This document shows positions 56,574 through 64,000 of a stretch of DNA of 64,000 nucleotides, piece by piece. The notes under the pieces are model-generated. The model was not told where the DNA came from. It did not search any database and saw nothing but the letters and a program-made list of their open reading frames with translations. The DNA comes from Callorhinchus milii (lineage: Eukaryota), in the NCBI RefSeq assembly GCF_018977255.1, contig NW_024704742.1, positions 24,926,001-24,990,000 of the forward strand, written 5' to 3'. The stretch's first letter is position 1; the number at the start of each line of letters is the position of its first letter. A program made the position numbers and the translations under genes.

Positions 56574-59339
56574 TTATGGTTAGGATGTGTTATCAAACCG
56601 GCTGTTCAGCCAGTCACTCGCTGTCATGTCCTTTTAGGATTGGGGGTGAGGGTGGGTGGGGGGGGGGGAGTGGGGATAAAGAAACCTAAACATTGCCTGT
56701 GTTTCCTATTATAAATATATGTAAAAGCAGAAAAGATATCTATACAATAACACCAGCTGTATAAAGCGGATCTGATTGGGGTTGTGTACGGATGAGGCTT
56801 GTTGATTTTAATTCCAGCTGTGCCCATCGTTACAGAAGCTCCTCAGTCTATCTAACATTCCGGATATGGTAGCATGGCTTTTTACCAGATTGTCGGGAAT
56901 CTTGACTTTATTACTGGAATGCTGCGAGGCACATGTTTGTTTTGGGGTCATTTCTTAGATGATCATTGGATCTCAAGACAGTTTCATTCTAGTACAAAGA
57001 ATCTTTACACTCACTGAAAAAAAATCTCAAAGGATCCAATTTATTCAGGGATTTTTTTTAGAAAAAGAACCTTAATATTCTTAAATCCGTTTTTGAAGTA
57101 ACGGATCATGTTGTAGGTGGACTCAGACCCACAGTCACCAGCTATGGAAGGTCCCTTTGCAATCTTTTTATTGAATTGATACATGAAAATCTATTTTTGA
57201 TCATTTTATTTTTTCGAGATACACTGATAATGTGTATAGGCCCGCCTTATTATGGCATTTTAAATAACACATTTTAGTGTTAAATTAACGATTTGGAGAA
57301 AAAATACATTGCATTGAAGAAAGAAGTACATCTTTGATGTAAATAAGGAAAATGTGAGTGATATTTCCAACATAGTAATAATAATAATCCTTGCATTTGA
57401 TGTAGTGTCATATTATTGAGATGTCTCAAAGCGCTTCACATAATATACTGTAAAGTGAATTGAAGGTATACTTTGTGGGCGAAACACGTCAGCATAGCAG
57501 TGTCCCACAAACAGTCGGAGACTGGGTGATAAAATTATTTTTTTGAAGGGATTATTATGAAAGCGCTCATGTACTGGAACTGAAGCAAAGCATCAAGTAT
57601 GCAGGATAATTAAACTCATACTAGGGCTCTCTCTTCATTGACCTTTTTACATAAATCTGAACACTGTCAGAAACGTGTTCATTCCCCTCAAGTGTTGATG
57701 ATTTTCTTACCGTGATTTCCATAAGACCTGTTCTTCTAAAGCAACAGAGTTTAAGGGTTCATAGTGTGCAATTGACATAGGAATAACTACAGAGATATCA
57801 TTTTGTCAGTAAAGTGGGTTTACGATAAAAAATTTCAACCTGAGTAATGAATGCAAATTCAATGGAAAATAGTTGAACATAACATCACACCATTTTGCTG
57901 GCCTACAGTATTGTGATAAAATTCCCAGCTAATCTAAATATTTTAAAGCAATCAGACCTACTAAAATATTATATGTACTTATTTCCTCTTTCATGTGAAG
58001 AAGTAGAGTGGGGTACATTATCATGAATTATATGCACTTTACATCGATCCTATAGCTAATTGATATTGCATGAGATTATTATACTTCAAGAAGAAGTAAT
58101 GCAAAATTACTGTACAGCAAGGAACATATTTGGGTCCAATTTGTAGCCTAGCTTTTCTCAATAAATTCCTTGGTAAGATATCTGAATCAGGCAAAGGGGG
58201 TTCCTTCCAGCAGCCCAAGTAACACAACACTAATCTGGGGGGATTTGTGGACCATCTCCCGCACTGAAGGGATTTCTAACTAAAATACTGAAAAATATAA
58301 TGATATAAAAGAGATACACTATATAGCTGGACAAACCTAAACTTAAGGATATGTGCGCAACTAAGAATCCAATAAACTAAGAAAGTAGAAGGGACTGACA
58401 TTATCCTAAACTAAAATTGCTTTTACGATTGATTCCACCAAACAGTTTAATGTGGAAAATCAACACATGGCTTTATAATATTATAAGAAATATAATATTT
58501 ATAATAGCCAATCCACTTTACAATATATTCTGCAAAGCAGTTTGAGTCATCTCAATGACGTGATAAGGCGTTATAGCAAATGCAAGGATTATTATTATTT
58601 TATTGTTATTATGACATACTACTAAACACAGACCAGAAGATTCATTCCTGGTTTATGCTGAATTAATTGATCTCAGCCATTACAGCTGTCAGGAGGATAA
58701 TGGTGTCCTCTATGTCTAAGAAGGGGAAAATCAACCAGGCTTCAGTTTTAAGTTGGAAGCCAAAAATTCTGCACACTTATTGCAAATTTCTTAAGATTAA
58801 GACCATAAGAAATTTCAAGCCTCTGATCTCTATACAATGACCCAGCTGGGAAGAGTTAATGTGGGTTTAGACTAAATTGCTGCAAGGCTGAATAAATTAG
58901 GAGTTGACTATATTTCCAAGTACTGGGCTTTTTATGAGATCCTTATATGTCAATATACTAGCAGGATGATTGCTCAAAAACCTGTTTTACATTAACTGTG
59001 TTCACAGCGAATGTATCCATGGCTGGAAAATTGGGACACTTTCCCCATATATCTGGTCAGTTTTACTGAAATGTAGCTCATGAACCAAGCAGCAGTCCAC
59101 CTGCAACAATTAATAGGAAACAAATACCCTTGATAGAGAACCAGTCTGCTGTGGACAAACAACTGTAGTCATCTATTATAACAACATAAATCAGAACACG
59201 TGTGCAAACGACTATTATTGAATACACTGGAAATATGAAATTGGTGCAAAGAAGACCACGCCTCATTGGTTGTACAACCCCTGAGAGGCATGGGAATCAT
59301 CCAGTTAGATATTTTTTAAAAATCATTTTCCACAGGGCA

Positions 59340-59690
59340 GTAGCCAAGGCTGTCACTCCAAACAGTGCTGGGAAGCCTTGAATTGTTGGAGGTGCAGTCT
59401 TACAAATAAGACGTTAAACCAAGAATGTATGCATAGTCGAGTGGGCTTTAAAGATCCCACTGCAGTATTTAAAAGGAGAAGGGAGTTTCTCTGTGTTGGC
59501 TAACAATCCTCGAGATAAAAATGAGTCACTCATTTCATGGTTGTTTGTGGGACATTGCTGTGTGCAAACTGGCTGCTACTGCATTCGGCTACAAATACAG
59601 TTACTGCATTTTACTGTAAAACACTGAAACAATTGAAAGGTTTTCAACGACGTGATAAGGTATTTTATCAAATGCAAGGTTGATTGTTTT
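59340..59690 (+). mobile_element. Old Deu-domain SINE
   Basis: ggaggtgcagtctt..agacgttaaaccaag..aaagatcccac..gtttgtgggacattgctgtgtgcaaactggctgc. Confidence 0.72.
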
Positions 59691-61818
59691 TTAAATAGTC
59701 TCCATAATTCTTGGAAATTGATGAATATCAAACTAAGTTTAGCCCATAAGCAGTTAACTTTGCTCTAGTCCAGGATACAGGATCTCAGTGTTTCGGCATT
59801 AGGCATGCTTTTACTCTCTTGGCACAGAAACTATATGTAAAGCCAGGAAGGGGAAATATGCAATAATCTTCACGACTTGCTGCTGGCCTAGAAAAATAAA
59901 GATTTTAGGAGTCCTCGAGATAAACATTCAGTATAAATCTGATTTGCTCTCTTAGCCTTAAGCTATTTACTCTTAGGGAGTTTAGGGCTGAAGGGTAGTT
60001 TGATTACATAATATGAAATGAGAAGAGTGGCATTCTGTGTCATATTTCAGGTTCCCCACAAAAATTTGGTCGCTCAATCCAAGTCTGTTTGCGGGACACT
60101 ATTGTGCGCAATTGACTGCCGCGTTTTGCCCAAAAGATTTACAGTCAGATCACTTTCCAGGATATTCTGTGCAGTGCCTTAAGACATCTCAACCATGTGA
60201 TTAGGTGTTACACCAAATGCAAGGATTATTATATTATTACATCTCAAACCAAAGGCTTTTTGATTTTCGCCCAAGAAATTACCATGCAATTCCTCTAGCC
60301 TGATTACCATATTTGTTCTAATACAGTATGTAGATGACATGAGGATTTTCCCTTACTGTGTTACATTTCACCAACAAAATATACAGTCAATTCACTTTAC
60401 AGTATATCCTTTGAAGCACTTTTAGGTGTCTCAAAATCACAATAAGGTGCTATATCAAAGGCAAGGATTATTATTACTATCCTGACAGGGCTAAACAGAT
60501 CAGACTGTTAACTTACACGCGTGTGAGAAAAGGGAATAGATAAGTACAGGAGAAGGGATTGGGAGGGTGGAAGCTCCTGAGGAATATGAACACTGATACA
60601 GACGTTGGATCGAATGGTCTGCATTGCCTGCTGCAAAATCTATGTAATATAATTGGTGATTTAAGCCAACCTTTGGGTGGGGCTCCTGTGTTCATCCGGC
60701 AAGTTTCATTTGGTTATCAATTACATTCTGCTTTGCTCTTGTAGCGTGGAGCAAGTATTGCCTGTGTGCCTTCAGGCAATTGGTGCTCAATGATACTTAA
60801 TCCCCCAGAGAATTCTGCAACCCTTCACTGGACACCACTGCCCTGATCTGACTCCTCAGAAAATGTGCAGAATCGTGTTCAGTTTTGTCCTAAAGCTCAT
60901 GCAAATGGGTCCTCTGTAGAAGAGTTACCTGTACATACGTGTAGCTCGAATATAACGAAAGGTCCTTTAATGAACGTTAAGCCTAGTAACTGTTGTAATG
61001 AAAGGCATTCCTCCACTTAACGAAATCCTTTTCTTCCTCCCTTTCAGACTGACCTGTGGGATTGGTGTGGAATTTGTAATTGTTGTTGTGCTATTATTTT
61101 CAGGTGTTCAATTTCATCTTAGTTTGACTGTAAACGACACCTAAATCTCTCGAAACACTCACCATCATATCTACTCCTGCAAATACTTCACCTGCTCCCT
61201 GCTGGTAACTTTGCATTCCCTGTTCTCAACCTATTCGACCTTCTATCTATCTTGCAATATTGTGTGCAAAAAATATTTTAAATCGTCTGAATTTTGCTCC
61301 AGATTTTACCCTTTTCTTACTTAAAAAAAAACACTCAAAACGACTGGACAACAGCCAACAAGGCACAGGCACTGGGTTTTAGAGGGATCTAAACAGGGAA
61401 CCATCCCTTTGACTTGCTCCTGTCTGACTAAACCCCCTGCTGATGGGATGAGGAGGGCACTTCATGTGAAGATTGCTGATTTTGAGTCAGTGATGAGTCA
61501 CTCACCTTTAGCAATGAATTTCCCATTTGTTCTCGAATGTAAACATTCTTGGAAAGCAACAGTGGAAGCTCTCCGGATCTGCATGGTTAATGCAGGACCA
61601 GGGAGATGCTGTGACCAACCTGTGCGACCTGTGTAAATGCGTTGCTTTTAATACCGACGTTCATCCTGGTCGCATTTACCTCCCAAAATACAGCATTCGT
61701 TTTGTACTGATTTCAATACAATTCTTGTTTCCCTTTGTGGCTCGAACTGTGAATGTTTTCCAAGCAACAGCTGGCCAGCAAGGTGGTGGCTTTTTGCACT
61801 GTTGAACTGCATGGATCA

Positions 61819-61840
61819 CAGAGAGAGAGAGAGAGAGAGA
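61819..61840 (+). repeat. (AG)n microsatellite
   Basis: Direct read. Confidence 0.85.
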
Positions 61841-62233
61841 GGAGGAGGATTGCAGCCAAGCGTTACAGGTTGTAACTTGTTGCTTGGAATCAGCTGTTTG
61901 CACACACCTTCACATCTGCTGAGTTGTTCCAATGCTGCTGCCTGTGGGTTAGATTTTGCCCTACAGAACAATGTGGGTGGAATAGCAGCACCAACCCAGC
62001 ATCAGGTGGTGGTTTACATTTATATGAGCTCTGGCTCTTTAATATCCTGTCTGATGAATGCACCATTAAACGGGCTACTGTGTGTGCAAACGCAGGAGCC
62101 AATGGCTTGGCAAAGGGAAGGGAAGAAAATCCAAGAGAAAAGTGGAGAGAGAATACGCATCGGAGTGAAACAGATTGTCGTCAGTTTCTTCGTGTCTTTC
62201 CCCTCCTGAAAAGGTTGATTCACGCTGTCCTAT

Positions 62234-62311
62234 AGTACAGCGCCTTGGGACGTCCTCCCGACGTGAAAGGCGCTCTATAAATGGAATCTTGTTGTTGTTG
62301 TTGTTGTTGTT
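62234..62311 (+). mobile_element. Very short (about 78 bp) young L2 insertion: 3' stem-loop plus (TTG)n tail only
   Basis: cagcgccttgggacgtcctcccgacgtgaaaggcgctctataaatggaatc(ttg)n, matching the tail of the L2 at 5417. Confidence 0.88.
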
Positions 62312-63164
62312 CACTGGGGAGCCAGTCACCTCCAGAACCATTCCGCATATTTCAGCATTGGCAGGCGGCATTGGCAAAGCAGTTTGACATTGGGAGAATT
62401 ACAATCGAGTCTATTTCTGGCCTCGCCCAATGGAACTATCAATTACTTTTAACATCTCTGTGTTTTTCCATCAGTCTTTTTTGCTGGACTTTTTTTTGGG
62501 TGGCGGGGGGTGGTGAATTAACAGTTTTATTTTAACAGTTGGTGGCGATTGCTTATTCTGGGAAAGGGGTTGTAGAAGTTAATGAATACCACAGCATGGG
62601 GGAGATTAATTAAATTACGCAGTTGAAGATAAAGTTGATGACTATGTATAGCTTTACTGATGTTAATTCACCTCTTTCACAGCGAGGCTCAGTATTGACT
62701 GCAAGCCAGTTTCTCCCACTATGTCATTAGCATCCAAATCTCTTATAAAAGCAATCGTTAAAAGGATATTGGTGCTATCGAATGTCAATTGCAATTTGTA
62801 ACAAAAGTGTTCATTTTTAAAATCAGGTATACAACGTTATCACTCTTTAAACAACAGTTTAATCTGTGTTATAGATTGCAACCAATTGGTAACAAGAGGT
62901 GCCAACCAAACTAGAATCATTAGGCACTGATATCATCCAATAGCTATCATTTTAAACAGAATTAACTTGTTCCTAATGTTCTTCGTTGATTATATTTCAC
63001 TGAGAATTTTCCAAATGTTATTCCAAATTATTTTTCTTAACAATTTTCACGTATTTTACACAAGTTTGTCAACCAACGTGATTTGCCAACCTTTAAATAG
63101 TTAAAAGGATATTGATGCATTAAATAACAATTGCAATTGGTAACAAAATCAAAAGACAAAAAAA

Positions 63165-63340
63165 ATTATTTGGTCACTCAATCCACGACTGTTTGTGGGA
63201 CACTGTTGTACGCAATTGGCTGCTGCATTTCTCCCACAAAATATACAGTCAATTCAATTTACAGTATATTCTATGAAGGGCTTTGAGATGTCTCAAAGAT
63301 GTGATAAGGCACAATATCAAATGCAAGGATTATTATTGTT
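63165..63340 (+). mobile_element. SINE 3' half (similar partial copies about 57375-57560 -, 58510-58610 +, 60055-60240 +, 60370-60480 +)
   Basis: ggtcactcaatccacgactgtttgtgggacact..caaatgcaaggattattatt. Confidence 0.8.
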
Positions 63341-63424
63341 ATTTAAATAGGGCTTTATGATTCACGCAACAATTGACCTGCGACAAGGTGGTAGGACAGG
63401 CAATGCTTATTTCCTCTTCCATAT

Positions 63425-64000
63425 TCACATTGTTGCTTCTCAGCTTTGCTCCTTCCTCTTCCGCCACTCCCTTCTGGAACCCCTTCAATCGGGCTTCAGT
63501 GCCTCCCACAGTACAGAAACTGCCCTGGTCAAAGGGACAAATTACATTCTGTCCATCTGTGACCAGGGCTCCCTCTGCCTCCTTGTCCTCCTTGATCTCT
63601 CTGCTGCTTTCGACACCGTTGACCACTCTATCCTCATCCACTGTCTCTCCTCTCACCTCAACCTCTACGGCTCTGTCCTTGATTAGTGCAGATCGTACCT
63701 CTCACGCAACCTGCACTTCATCTCCTCAAACGGTGCGTCTTGTGAGGCGTTCCTCAGAGCTCTGTCCTTGATCCACTCCTCTTCAATATCTATATGCTCC
63801 CTCTCGGTGACATCATCCGCAGACATGGGGTCAACTTCCACATGTATGCGGATGACACCCAACTCTACCTCTCTGCCTCCACCCTTCACTGCAGTACCAC
63901 TGCTGTCCTGACAGAATGTCTGTCAGACATCAAGTGTGGATGAAAGCTAACTTTCTTCAGTTGAACGTCAACAAGCCTGAGGCTCTCCTGATTGACTCCC
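63425..64000 (+). mobile_element. L2 LINE RT fragment (runs off the window), frameshifted
   Basis: LEPLQSGFSASHSTETALVK..LVLLDLSAAFDTVDHSIL, and later [11 protein letters not shown]. Confidence 0.92.

Noticed and set aside
1..64000. Bacterial contamination or a prokaryotic operon/CRISPR system
   Set aside because: The AtuA-like coding sequence is split by spliceosomal introns filled with vertebrate retroelements; no operon structure or repeat-spacer array is present.

Overview
This window is eukaryotic, vertebrate genomic DNA. The repeat content (tRNA-Ala-like SINEs with L2 tails, Deu-domain SINEs, shark-type CR1 ends) points to a cartilaginous fish, probably a chimaera/holocephalan; that taxonomic call is inference. 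The main feature is a + strand, intron-rich gene with 18 coding exons from 308 to the stop at 54608. All introns are GT-AG and the phases match throughout, giving about 551 aa (557 aa with an alternative donor). The N-terminal exon(s) lie upstream of the window. The product is an AtuA/DUF1446-family protein (acyclic terpene utilisation A-like) with the C-terminal ARSGDKG...DPQGK domain. Introns and the downstream flank hold L2 and CR1 LINE fragments, at least three SINE families, small DNA-transposon MITEs and a degraded, possibly LTR-derived block. Points worth a second look: (1) a decayed Penelope-type minimal hammerhead ribozyme motif in sense orientation in the putative 3' UTR; (2) a SINE/L2 shared 3' stem-loop with a compensatory base pair and mosaic SINE subfamilies; (3) an interleaved repeat/L2 structure; (4) a 36-bp templated insertion; (5) a mariner-type MITE with a paralogous empty site. 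Almost all ORFs in the supplied track are repeat-derived, partial exon read-throughs or chance.
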